Source of the DNA: an uncultured Verrucomicrobiota bacterium | GTDB taxonomy: Bacteria; Verrucomicrobiota; Verrucomicrobiia; Limisphaerales; UBA8199 | Assembly (NCBI GenBank): GCA_964401575.1 | Contig: CAYNZC010000002.1 | Location: forward strand, 3,462 to 67,461 | Length of the DNA stretch: 64,000 bases | Reading direction: 5' to 3' | Shown: positions 16,651-27,204 of the stretch, in pieces | How positions within the stretch are numbered: the first letter of the stretch is position 1 | Layout: the number at the start of each line of letters is the position of its first letter | Notes under the pieces: generated by a model | The model's input: the letters and a program-made list of their open reading frames with translations, nothing else | Databases searched by the model: none | What the model was told of the DNA's origin: nothing | Made by a program: the position numbers and the translations under genes

Positions 16651-18242
16651 GCACCGCCACCGTCACTATTGATGGACGCAGGATCGAGGTCACGGCAGAG
16701 CAGACCATCCTTGATGTCGCCCGCAAGGCCGGGTTGGATATTCCCACGCTCTGTTACCTCGAAAAATGCGGCCCTCTCAACACCTGCCAGGTGTGTCTCG
16801 TAAAACTGAACGGCAAACTTGTTCCCTCCTGCGGCACAATCGCGGAGCCGGGAATGACGATAGAAAGCGAAACCGAGGAGGTTTATGAAGCACGCCGCAC
16901 CGCACTTGAATTGCTCTTTAGCGATCACGTGGGCGATTGCCTCGCCCCCTGCCAGCGCCTTTGCCCCCTGGGACTAAACATTCCCGGGTTGCTTCGCCAG
17001 GTCCAAAGCCAGGACACCCCGGGGGCAATCCAAACGGTCCGTGCCACTCTTCCGCTCGCGGGTGTTCTTGGCGTCCTTTGCCATCACCCCTGCGAGCAAG
17101 GTTGCCGCCGCGGCCATTGGGATGGACCTGCCACAATCCGCGACATCGAACGCCATGTCGCCGAACTCGAAGATGATCGGATGTTCGCCGGCATCCAGAA
17201 AGAATGCGAACCGGGTCGTCCCTCCCTCGCAATCATCGGCGCCGGCCCATCCGGCCTTGCTGCTGCCTTCTACCTCGCCAGGGCCGGCACGGCAGTCACG
17301 GTCTTCGATCGCAACAAGGAACCTGGTGGCACACTCCGCATGGAACAACTTCCAGCCGGCATTCTTGCCCGCGAAATTTCCATCCTCCAGCGGCTTGGCG
17401 TTAAAATTGAGACCGGCATCGAACTCGGCTCCGGGGTATCTCTCACAGATCTGTTGGCAAAATTCGGCGCCGTCCTCGTCGCCATCGGCGACCCCGTCGG
17501 TCAAACCGCACTCGGTCTCCCACTGTCGTCCGGCCGGATCCAGGTGGATCCGCATACTCACCTCACCCCCTTGAAAAATGTCTTTGCCACCGGCGCAGCC
17601 GTCCGCTCCACACGCCAACTCGTCCGTGTGATGGCCGAGGCCAAAGCTGCCGCAGATTGCCTCCGGGATCATCTCAAGGGCATCGCGCCCAAAGCCCTGC
17701 AGCGGCCCTTTTCCAGCGTCATGGGTCGCCTTTCACCCCTCGAGCTCAAGCACTTCATTTCAGTAAACAACGCAGCCGCAGCCACAACCCCATGCAATCG
17801 CTGCGCCTCCACAGGGAAATCCGATCCGGCGGGACACGGGCATCCCACCCCGGCACTGCAAACTCTCTTCACGCCCCTCCAGGCGACGACGGAAGCCTCA
17901 CGCTGCCTCCATTGCGATTGCGCCTCCTCGGGCAACTGTATCCTCCAGCACTACGCCCAGCTTTACAACGCCGATGCCAACCGGTTCAGGTCAGAGCGCC
18001 GTCCCTTCGAGTGCCAGGTCATGCCAGGGGGCATCATCTTTGAACCCGGCAAATGCATCCTGTGCGGCATCTGCGTCAAAATCACCGAGCTGGCTGCCGA
18101 ACCCCTGGGACTCACCTTCATCGGCCGCGGTTTTGATGTTAAACTCGCCGCGCCCTTGAATCAGACGATCGAAGACGGTCTGAGAAAATGCGCAAAGGAG
18201 TGCGTTGATAACTGTCCGACCGGCGCATTATCCATGAGATAG
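16647..18242 (+). CDS. Fe-S flavoprotein: NuoG-type 2Fe-2S domain + GltD/NfnB-like FAD domain + NuoG-like 4Fe-4S domain
   Basis: ATGA overlap with the upstream stop. N-terminus VTIDGRRIEV...CYLEKCGPLNTCQVCLV. GltD-like Fe-S segment CLAPCQRLCPLG...CHHPCEQGC. One dinucleotide fold, AIIGAGPSGLAAAFYLARAG...VFATGAAV; I found no second GxGxxG. C-terminus CLHCDC...C, CILCGICV, CAKECVDNCPTGAL. Confidence 0.85.
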   Translation: MSTATVTIDGRRIEVTAEQTILDVARKAGLDIPTLCYLEKCGPLNTCQVCLVKLNGKLVPSCGTIAEPGMTIESETEEVYEARRTALELLFSDHVGDCLAPCQRLCPLGLNIPGLLRQVQSQDTPGAIQTVRATLPLAGVLGVLCHHPCEQGCRRGHWDGPATIRDIERHVAELEDDRMFAGIQKECEPGRPSLAIIGAGPSGLAAAFYLARAGTAVTVFDRNKEPGGTLRMEQLPAGILAREISILQRLGVKIETGIELGSGVSLTDLLAKFGAVLVAIGDPVGQTALGLPLSSGRIQVDPHTHLTPLKNVFATGAAVRSTRQLVRVMAEAKAAADCLRDHLKGIAPKALQRPFSSVMGRLSPLELKHFISVNNAAAATTPCNRCASTGKSDPAGHGHPTPALQTLFTPLQATTEASRCLHCDCASSGNCILQHYAQLYNADANRFRSERRPFECQVMPGGIIFEPGKCILCGICVKITELAAEPLGLTFIGRGFDVKLAAPLNQTIEDGLRKCAKECVDNCPTGALSMR

Positions 18243-18517
18243 GTTTTCTTGTTCCTCTGGCTCTTGAGATTCCTGGCTTGATTCAACGCGTAGAAAGCCC
18301 CGGCCAACCCGGCTAAAAGGATCAGGATCGTCAGGACGGTCCAGAAAACTGTCCGCTTGCTGACTCCCGCAGCCTCGATCTCCGGTGTCTCAAGCACGAG
18401 CTCTGTCACTTGCTTACAGCTCGGGCATTGCGCCGCAGTGCCAACCATAGGCGCAGGATACCGGATCGGCTTCCCACAATGCGAACACGGCCCCTGCAGA
18501 AATTTCGTGCCTCTCAT
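18161..18517 (-). CDS. Zinc-ribbon membrane protein (CxxC...CxxC + one TM)
   Basis: MRGTKFLQGPCSHCGKPIRYPAPMVGTAAQCPSCKQV, then the TM segment VFWTVLTILILLAGLAGAFYAL and a basic stretch. The last 27 codons overlap the convergent 3' end of the 16647-18242 gene by 82 nt. Confidence 0.55.
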   Translation of the reverse strand: MRGTKFLQGPCSHCGKPIRYPAPMVGTAAQCPSCKQVTELVLETPEIEAAGVSKRTVFWTVLTILILLAGLAGAFYALNQARNLKSQRNKKTYLMDNAPVGQLSTHSFAHFLRPSSIV

Positions 18518-18646
18518 TTTCTCTCTCTTTCAATGCACGCTCGCAACTGATTTGTCCAGCCTCGTCACCCCTCAACCTGTCCGCCCCAAAAAGGAAACGC
18601 ACTGAACTGTGCCGATCTCTTCCCGCAAATCCGACAAACCCGACCT

Positions 18647-19489
18647 ATGTCACATGATCAAGCCGGGGCATGCGATGGAACCTTCTTCCCATCGGGCCCG
18701 CTTTTTCTGTATGTTGCCGCGGTGCCAGACGATTCTTCTTCCTGCACAGCGAGCCCCGGCCTGCCGGCCAGCTCCAGAGGGGGCCCACCTGTCTTCGCAA
18801 CCACGCACTGGTCCGTTGTCGTTTCGGCTCAGAACACGGCATCTGCCAAGTCAGCGGAGGCACTGGAAGCCCTCTGCAGGGCCTACTGGAAACCGTTATA
18901 CGCCTACATCCGCAGAACCGGAAAGGCGCCCGGCGACGCTGAGGACCTGACCCAATCGTTTTTCGCAAAGGTGATCGAGAAGGGTTACCTGCTTGCGGCA
19001 GATCCGAATAAAGGCCGGTTCAGGACATTCCTGCTCACGGCACTGAAGCGGTTCATGGCCAACGAATGGGACAAGGAACACCGCCAAAAGCGTGGCGGCT
19101 TCAAGCAGGTGGTGCCCATTGACATGGAACTGGCAGAGTCAGGAATCGTCCCTGCGCCCGACCGGGACTTCCGGCCCGATATTCTCTTCGACCGGCAGTG
19201 GGCACAAACTCTTCTTGAACGCACGGTTGCAACGCTTCGCCAGGAATACCTGGTCACGGGCCGCTCTGCACTTTTCGAACATATCCAGCCCTGCCTCGTC
19301 AGCGGCGAGTCTGCCTTGTCTTACATCGAAATCGGCAGAACGCTCAACCTGTCTGAAGCCGCAATAAAAATGGCCGTGTTTCGTCTGCGCAGCCGTTTCC
19401 GCGACCTGCTCCGGGCCGAAGTATCCGAAACCGTTGCCTCCCCGGATGAAGTGGATGACGAAATCCGAATCCTTTTCTCCTCTTTTTAG
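18647..19489 (+). CDS. ECF-type RNA polymerase sigma factor (kinase-associated type)
   Basis: FATTHWSVV N-terminal block, region 2 DAEDLTQSFFAKV and region 4 HTH LSYIEIGRTLNLSEAAIKMAVFRLRSRF. Lies directly upstream of a Ser/Thr kinase. The start may be GTG 18722 rather than ATG 18647. Confidence 0.8.
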   Translation: MSHDQAGACDGTFFPSGPLFLYVAAVPDDSSSCTASPGLPASSRGGPPVFATTHWSVVVSAQNTASAKSAEALEALCRAYWKPLYAYIRRTGKAPGDAEDLTQSFFAKVIEKGYLLAADPNKGRFRTFLLTALKRFMANEWDKEHRQKRGGFKQVVPIDMELAESGIVPAPDRDFRPDILFDRQWAQTLLERTVATLRQEYLVTGRSALFEHIQPCLVSGESALSYIEIGRTLNLSEAAIKMAVFRLRSRFRDLLRAEVSETVASPDEVDDEIRILFSSF

Positions 19490-19555
19490 CCTGCGCCAGC
19501 CAATATTCAGAAATGCCACGTTACTTCTCAAAGTCTTTGCTTAAGTCTATGGTGA

Positions 19556-22500
19556 ATGAGCAATTCTCCTGATTCAAAAGCGAGTTCAGAGCAGTCCGGT
19601 TTTTGCATGCGCTGTGGCGCACAGTTGCCGGCGGGAATCACTGCCGATTTTTGCCCCAAATGTCTATTGGGCGCCGCCATGTCCACTGTAGAGATGGAAC
19701 CGCAGACCCGCTCAGCCGAAAGCGTGCCCGGGAGCCACGAATCCGAACTCCCTGCCGGACAGGTTTTTGGCCATTACCGCATCATTCGGCTTCTTGGCCG
19801 GGGCGGCATGGGAGCAGCCTACGAAGCTGAGGACCTCGATAACAGCCGGCGGGTTGCGTTGAAAATACTGAGTCACAAACTGGACTCCCCGGAGTCAAGG
19901 CAGCGATTCTTTCGCGAGGGCAGGCTCGCCGCGTCCGTGAACCATCCGAACAGCGTCTATATTTTCGGAACCGAAGAGATCGGCGGCACGCCTGTGATAG
20001 CGATGGAACTGCTTTCGGGCGGAACGCTGCATTCCCGTGTCCTGCAGCGGGGACCCATGCCGCACGTCGAGGCGGTGGACGCGGTTCTTCAGATTCTGGA
20101 AGGTCTGGAGGCGGCGCAAAACGCGGGAATACTGCACCGGGACGTAAAGCCCTCGAATTGTTTTGTGGATGTGAATGGCACTGTGAAGATTGGGGATTTC
20201 GGACTTTCCATCTCCACCGCGGTGCGAACGGAGCCGGCACTCACCGCCGACGGCTCGTTCCTGGGGACGCCCGGGTTCTGTCCGCCAGAGCAGATCCGGG
20301 GCGAGGAACTTAACAGTCAATCCGATATCTATTCTGTCGGGGCGACACTCTTTTACCTGCTCACCGGGCGAACGCCTTTCGAAGCTCACAACACCGTGGC
20401 TCTCATTGCCACCGTGCTCGAAAAGCCCTCGCCCTCCCCCCGCGAATTGCGCCGCAGCATCCCCGAGGGACTTTCACGAGTGATCCAGCGGTGCATGCAC
20501 AAGGTTCGCGGGGAACGTTTCAGGAACTATGCCGAATTGAGGCACGCCCTCGAGCAGTATTCCTCCGCTGCGCCCGTGCCCGCTGGTTTGGGCATTCGCT
20601 TCCTGGCAGGTTTCGCGGATTTCATGTTGTTAAACCTTCTGGTTCACGCTTCAGCCGTTGTAACCTTTGGCGGATTCGCCAGCTTGATTGAGACGATCTC
20701 GAACCCCGGTCCACGGGTCCTTCTGTTTGTTTTCACATCCATGCTCATGGGTATTGCATACTACGGCGTGCTTGAAGGCAGGTTCGGCGCTGCAGCCGGG
20801 AAATTCGTCTGCAGGCTACGCGTGGTCGGCGCGAACAAGGCCCCGCCGGGTATCTGGCGCGCATGTGCCAGGGCTGCTGTTTACATGCTACTGCCTTTTC
20901 TGCCGTTCTGGACCATTTGCGCCGTATTATATCCCGGCAGCGTTTCCGATCTCATCAGTCGTCCAGGCACCGCCCTCGTCTGGGCCGTGGAACGCCCGTG
21001 GTTTAACCTTCTGTCACTCACAGCTTACGCGATGATGGTTATGCTGTTTGTGACGGCGAGGCGCCGGAACGGATACCGGGCTTTGCATGACTTCCTCACA
21101 AACACTCGCGTCGTTTCGGCCAGCACGCTCCCGGCGCGCTCGCAGGCATTCACCGCAAAGCAACCGCGGCTCCTTGCATCCGGCAGCTCAACGCAGGTGG
21201 GTCCATATCGCCTGATCGAGACGATCGCCGAAACCCCGGGATCACGATGGCTGTTGTGTTATGACACCCGGCTTCTCCGCAAGGTTTGGGTCCACCAACT
21301 GGAACCGGGCGCCGAGCCTTTCCCGCTGCACCTCAGAAACGTTGGCCGGCCAGGCCGGCTCCGCTGGCTTACCGGACGGCGATCCAGCACAGAGGCGTGG
21401 GACGCCTTTGAAGCCGCAGACGGACAGTCTTTTCACACAATCACCGCATCGCCGCAACCCTGGGAGCAAGTTCGCCTTTGGCTCGACGAACTTGCGATGG
21501 AAATCGCAGCCGCCAGACGGGACCACACAGAACCATCGCTGCTTTCGCCGGACCGGATCTGGATCACGGAACAGGGCAAAATCAAGCTTCTCGACTTCCC
21601 CGCACCGGGCGTCACCGTGCGTGCGGCCTCCTGCGCAACACCCGGGGAGTTCCTTTCGGTTGTCGCCGGCATGGCATTGTCCGGCGGACGGCACCGCTCC
21701 GCGGAGAATGTGCCACACCCTATGCCATTGCACGCCCGCCGTTTTCTTTCGGAACTCGCAGGGTTGCAGGATCCGAATGCTGTTGTGCTCAAGCTGGCGC
21801 CATTATTGAGGCTGCCCACGAGGGTGTCAGGTTATCGGAGGGCGGCAATTGTCTGCGGTTGCGTGGCTTTCCCCTTGTTTGTTGCTGTGATGGGCAAGAT
21901 CGGGAACGAAGTGATGGAACAGTTTGAACGGCTTCATCCGGATCTGCTGCCAGTCCATCAACTTTTGTCCATGCGGGAGGGAATCCGCTGGGGAAAGGCT
22001 GCCAGCCAGGTCTCAGACGAGGATTTTGCGATCGTCGTTGCATCCAGGTATCGAAACTTAATCACCAACAGGACGGAATGGAACAGTCCCCTGGCCAGCA
22101 TTCTCATCAAAGGTGAGGCCAGACGTTTTGCCGAGCAAAGCATCACGAATTATCCGAACCTCACGCCCGAACAAATCAAGCGGGCTGCAGGTATCCTGAA
22201 ACTGCCGTCACTGTCAGACATCAAAAAGCGGTTGGGAATGGGCACCCTCCTTCAAATCCTGTTTTACTCGACGCTACTGATTTATGTGTGTTTCCCGGCC
22301 CTGCTTTGCGCAATCATCCTCAAAGGCGGACCCGTGCAACGCCTCGCCAAAGTGACCTACGTCCGAAAGGACGGAGCGCCGGCCTCCAGGCTCAGAGTCT
22401 TCTGGCGGGCATTGGTTGCGTGGGGGCCTGTTGCGGTCCTGGCCGTAACCGGCATCACTATCGCATCGTTCGCCGCTCCCACGCTGACACCGTCCGCACA

Positions 22501-22666
22501 CGATGCAATGATTGTCTCAACCACCTTGAGTTCCGCCTTCATGAACATTCCCTGGCCTCCTATCGCCTCAGGATTTCTGCTGCTGGCTTTGACGGTAATT
22601 TCACTGGTGTTGCCGGAGCGCAGCCTCCAGGACCGCATGGCGGGGACGTGGCCTGTGATCAAATGA
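19556..22666 (+). CDS. Multidomain Ser/Thr protein kinase: Zn-ribbon - kinase - RDD - degenerate kinase-like region - TM - RDD
   Basis: CMRCGAQL...CPKCLLG. Kinase motifs GRGGMGAAY, VALK, HRDVKPSN, DFG and GTPGFCPPE. RDD-type endings LHDFLTNTRVV and LQDRMAGTWPV. Residues ~548-745 resemble a kinase fold (YRLIETIA...RKVWVH...SPDRIWITEQGKIKLLDFPAPG) but lack HRD. Confidence 0.85.
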   Translation: MSNSPDSKASSEQSGFCMRCGAQLPAGITADFCPKCLLGAAMSTVEMEPQTRSAESVPGSHESELPAGQVFGHYRIIRLLGRGGMGAAYEAEDLDNSRRVALKILSHKLDSPESRQRFFREGRLAASVNHPNSVYIFGTEEIGGTPVIAMELLSGGTLHSRVLQRGPMPHVEAVDAVLQILEGLEAAQNAGILHRDVKPSNCFVDVNGTVKIGDFGLSISTAVRTEPALTADGSFLGTPGFCPPEQIRGEELNSQSDIYSVGATLFYLLTGRTPFEAHNTVALIATVLEKPSPSPRELRRSIPEGLSRVIQRCMHKVRGERFRNYAELRHALEQYSSAAPVPAGLGIRFLAGFADFMLLNLLVHASAVVTFGGFASLIETISNPGPRVLLFVFTSMLMGIAYYGVLEGRFGAAAGKFVCRLRVVGANKAPPGIWRACARAAVYMLLPFLPFWTICAVLYPGSVSDLISRPGTALVWAVERPWFNLLSLTAYAMMVMLFVTARRRNGYRALHDFLTNTRVVSASTLPARSQAFTAKQPRLLASGSSTQVGPYRLIETIAETPGSRWLLCYDTRLLRKVWVHQLEPGAEPFPLHLRNVGRPGRLRWLTGRRSSTEAWDAFEAADGQSFHTITASPQPWEQVRLWLDELAMEIAAARRDHTEPSLLSPDRIWITEQGKIKLLDFPAPGVTVRAASCATPGEFLSVVAGMALSGGRHRSAENVPHPMPLHARRFLSELAGLQDPNAVVLKLAPLLRLPTRVSGYRRAAIVCGCVAFPLFVAVMGKIGNEVMEQFERLHPDLLPVHQLLSMREGIRWGKAASQVSDEDFAIVVASRYRNLITNRTEWNSPLASILIKGEARRFAEQSITNYPNLTPEQIKRAAGILKLPSLSDIKKRLGMGTLLQILFYSTLLIYVCFPALLCAIILKGGPVQRLAKVTYVRKDGAPASRLRVFWRALVAWGPVAVLAVTGITIASFAAPTLTPSAHDAMIVSTTLSSAFMNIPWPPIASGFLLLALTVISLVLPERSLQDRMAGTWPVIK

Positions 22667-22874
22667 GCCGCGCGATGCCGCGCATTGGAGGCGTTGTTTT
22701 GAGCTCCAAATAAGCCCGATTCTTCTTAGCCATTTCTAGGCGAAAGTAATGACCGGCGGAATTTTACGGTTTGCCGTTGTCCGGTCTGCAGAGAAAACAC
22801 AGGTATTGACGGTGAATGTCTTTGGCTTAAGCTTCGTCTATTGTTAAGGACGTTCAGTTCAAAATATCTTAAAT

Positions 22875-24251
<1,377 letters not shown>

Positions 24252-24289
24252 TTGCGGGATTGCGCGGGTGAAGTCTCAAGTTTGCTATG

Positions 24290-24315
24290 CCGGGGTTGCT
24301 CTCAAGCAACCCCGG
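24290..24315 (+). terminator. GC-rich hairpin after the oxidoreductase gene (weak T-tail)
   Basis: CCGGGGTTGC (24290-24299) / GCAACCCCGG (24306-24315) with loop TCTCAA, followed by TTTGG. It lies 39 nt after the stop at 24251. Confidence 0.45.
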
Positions 24316-24335
24316 TTTGGCGTATGCAGCTCCTC

Positions 24336-24375
24336 AAAAAAGAGATCAGGCGAACGCTTTCATTCCGTTCGCCTG
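24336..24375 (-). terminator. Rho-independent terminator of metK-ahcY
   Basis: CAGGCGAACG (24347-24356) / CGTTCGCCTG (24366-24375) with a 9-nt loop. On the minus strand it is followed by ATCTCTTTTTTGAG. It lies 26 nt after the ahcY stop. Confidence 0.6.
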
Positions 24376-24400
24376 AAATCCACCACAAGATACGTTTGGG

Positions 24401-25852
24401 CTAATAGCGGTAGTGCTCGGGCTTGTAGGGACCTTCAACCGGCACACCGATGTAGTCCGCCTGCTTCTTGCTGAGCTTTGTAAGTTTCACCCCAATCTTG
24501 TCCAGGTGCAGGCGGGCCACTTCTTCATCCAACTTTTTGGAAAGCCGGTAAACCTGTGGCTTGTAGGTCTCCCTGTTGGTCCACAGGTCCAGTTGCGCAA
24601 GCACCTGGTTCGTGAACGAGTTCGACATCACAAAGCTCGGATGCCCTTCCGCACAGCCCAGGTTGACCAGGCGTCCTTCCGCAAGCATGTAAATGCTGCG
24701 ATCGCCCGGAATATCGTAACGGTCCACCTGCGGCTTGATGTTCACTTTCGTTACTCCTTTGGCGGCGTTCAACCGGTCCACTTGAATTTCGTTGTCAAAA
24801 TGACCGATATTGCACACGATCGCCTGGTCCTTCATCTTCAACATGTGCTCCAAAGTGATTACCTCGCAGTTGCCGGTGGCCGTCACGTAAATGTCCGCGA
24901 TTCCAAGTGTGCTCTCCACGGTGGTAACCTGGAAGCCTTCCATGGCCGCCTGCAACGCGTTAATCGGGTCCACTTCCGTGACAATGACCCGGGCGCCAAA
25001 CCCGCGCAGGCTATGCGCGCAACCCTTTCCAACATCGCCGTAACCACACACAACAGCGGTCTTGCCGGCAATCATCACGCCCAGCGCGCGCTTCAAACCG
25101 TCCGCCAGGGATTCCCGGCAACCGTATAGATTGTCGAACTTGGACTTCGTCACCGAATCATTCACATTGATTGCCGGGACCAGAAGTGTGCCGGCTTCAA
25201 GCATTTGATACAGGCGATGGACCCCGGTGGTGGTTTCTTCGGAGACTCCTTTCCAATCAGCCACAGCCCGGGTGAACCAGCCCGGTCGCTCCTTCGAGCA
25301 TTTCTTGAGAAGCTTCTTGATAACCTCCTCCTCATGGCTTGTGCTGGGAGTATTCACCCAGTTACTCCCATGCTCCATCTCGTAGCCCTTGTGAAGCAGC
25401 AGCGTGGCGTCCCCCCCATCGTCCACCACCAATTGTGGCCCCTGGCCAGCAGGGTGGCTGAGGGCCGCCAACGTAAACTCCCAGTATTGATCGAGGGTCT
25501 CACCCTTGAACGCAAACACCGGCGTGCCCGTTTTTGCGATGGCAGCCGCCGCCTGGTCCTGTGTGCTGAAGATGTTGCAACTTGCCCAGCGCACCGAGGC
25601 GCCCAGCTCGACCAGTGTCTCGATAAGCACCGCAGTCTCGATCGTCATGTGCAACGAACCGGACAGGCGCACCCCCTTGAGCGGCTTTTGCCGCCCGTAC
25701 TTCTCGCGAACGGCCATCAGGCCCGGCATCTCCTGCTCGGCCACCTGGATCTCTTTTCGTCCCCAATCGGCGAGCGAAATGTCCGCCACGTAAAAATCGC
25801 CTTGTTTGCCGGCAGCTCTCCTGCCGTTGGTTCTCTGAATTGTTGCTGGCAT
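24401..25852 (-). CDS. ahcY: Adenosylhomocysteinase
   Basis: Full-length match to the AhcY pattern: [51 protein letters not shown] and C-terminal [10 protein letters not shown]. Confidence 0.95.
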   Translation of the reverse strand: MPATIQRTNGRRAAGKQGDFYVADISLADWGRKEIQVAEQEMPGLMAVREKYGRQKPLKGVRLSGSLHMTIETAVLIETLVELGASVRWASCNIFSTQDQAAAAIAKTGTPVFAFKGETLDQYWEFTLAALSHPAGQGPQLVVDDGGDATLLLHKGYEMEHGSNWVNTPSTSHEEEVIKKLLKKCSKERPGWFTRAVADWKGVSEETTTGVHRLYQMLEAGTLLVPAINVNDSVTKSKFDNLYGCRESLADGLKRALGVMIAGKTAVVCGYGDVGKGCAHSLRGFGARVIVTEVDPINALQAAMEGFQVTTVESTLGIADIYVTATGNCEVITLEHMLKMKDQAIVCNIGHFDNEIQVDRLNAAKGVTKVNIKPQVDRYDIPGDRSIYMLAEGRLVNLGCAEGHPSFVMSNSFTNQVLAQLDLWTNRETYKPQVYRLSKKLDEEVARLHLDKIGVKLTKLSKKQADYIGVPVEGPYKPEHYRY

Positions 25853-25894
25853 AATTAATTTAATGGTTGCTAAACGCTTCCGGAGACGCCCCCC

Positions 25895-27124
25895 TCAGCG
25901 GCGGGAACAGCTCCGACTCATGCTCACGGTCCGCCGCAGCGCATTCTTGAGAGCCCCAGCCTTGTCTGTCCGTTCCCAGGTTATATCGGGATCGCTCTTG
26001 CCGAAGTGACCGTAGTTTGTCGTCTTCTTATAGATCGGACGGCGCAGGTCGAGTTGCTCTATGATGTCCGCCGGCTGAAAACTGAACACGCGGTTGATCG
26101 CCGCCACGATGGCCGATTCATCCTCGCGCGCGGTGCCGAATGTATCCACATTCACGCTGACGGGATCGGGGTAGCCAATAGCATAGGCGAACTGCACTTC
26201 GCACTTCTCGGCCAAACCGGCCGCTACCACGTTCTTGGCAATCCAACGCCCAAGGTATGCCGCGCTGCGATCCACCTTCGTCGGGTCCTTGCCCGAAAAA
26301 GCGCCGCCACCATGCCGGCCCATGCCTCCGTAGCTGTCCACGATAATCTTGCGGCCCGTCAACCCGGTGTCGCCCTGCGGACCACCCGTGACAAATCGGC
26401 CAGTCGGATTAACCAGATACTCGGTCTTGCGCAACATCTCCCTGGGCAAGACCGCCTTGATGACCTTCTCAATACAGAATTTCTCAATCTCCGCATGCGA
26501 GACCTCCGGGGTGTGCTGCGTGGAAATGACAACATTCCGGATCGCCACGGGCTTGCCATCCACGTATTCCACGGACACTTGGGATTTTGCATCCGGCCGC
26601 AGCCATTTCACACGGCCTGTCTTGCGGATTTCCGTGAGTTTCCGGCCGAGCCGGTGCGCGAACATAATCGGCGCGGGCATCAGCTCGGGCGTTTCGTTGC
26701 AGGCATAACCGAACATCAAGCCCTGGTCCCCAGCGCCCTGCTTCGCCGTCTTCTTGCCCTCGGCTTTGCGGGCATCCACACCCTGCGCAATATCCGGCGA
26801 CTGCCCGGTAATCAGGCAGTTCACAAACACTTTCTCGGCGTGGAAGACATCATCGTCATTGACGTAGCCGATGTCGCGAATCGCCTCGCGCGCGAGACCG
26901 TCAAAATCGATGACCCTGCTCGGATGCAGAAACTTGATTTTGGGGATGGTTATCTCGCCGCCCACGATCACAGTGTTCGATTTTGCGTAGCATTCGCAGG
27001 CCACGCGACTCATGCAATCCACATCGAGGCATGCGTCCAGAACGTAATCGGAGATGGTATCACAGACTTTGTCCGGGTGTCCTTCCCCGACAGACTCGGA
27101 AGAGAAGATATAGCTATTGCTCAT
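25895..27124 (-). CDS. metK: S-adenosylmethionine synthetase
   Basis: [47 protein letters not shown] and a slightly extended C-terminus. Confidence 0.95.
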   Translation of the reverse strand: MSNSYIFSSESVGEGHPDKVCDTISDYVLDACLDVDCMSRVACECYAKSNTVIVGGEITIPKIKFLHPSRVIDFDGLAREAIRDIGYVNDDDVFHAEKVFVNCLITGQSPDIAQGVDARKAEGKKTAKQGAGDQGLMFGYACNETPELMPAPIMFAHRLGRKLTEIRKTGRVKWLRPDAKSQVSVEYVDGKPVAIRNVVISTQHTPEVSHAEIEKFCIEKVIKAVLPREMLRKTEYLVNPTGRFVTGGPQGDTGLTGRKIIVDSYGGMGRHGGGAFSGKDPTKVDRSAAYLGRWIAKNVVAAGLAEKCEVQFAYAIGYPDPVSVNVDTFGTAREDESAIVAAINRVFSFQPADIIEQLDLRRPIYKKTTNYGHFGKSDPDITWERTDKAGALKNALRRTVSMSRSCSRR

Positions 27125-27144
27125 ATTGACGTATCAGGATAAGA

Positions 27145-27154
27145 TGATATATCA
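27145..27154. promoter_or_regulatory. 10-bp perfect palindrome TGATATATCA in the 80-bp metK / regulator divergent region (candidate operator)
   Basis: TGATATATCA at 27145-27154. TATCAG occurs twice (27132-27137 and 27150-27155). This is the most AT-rich patch between the metK start (27124) and the regulator start (27205). Confidence 0.35.
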
Positions 27155-27204
27155 GAATTGAGGCCCGTCAATGGCCATCTACCAGGAAATAGCACTTTTT
27201 TCGC

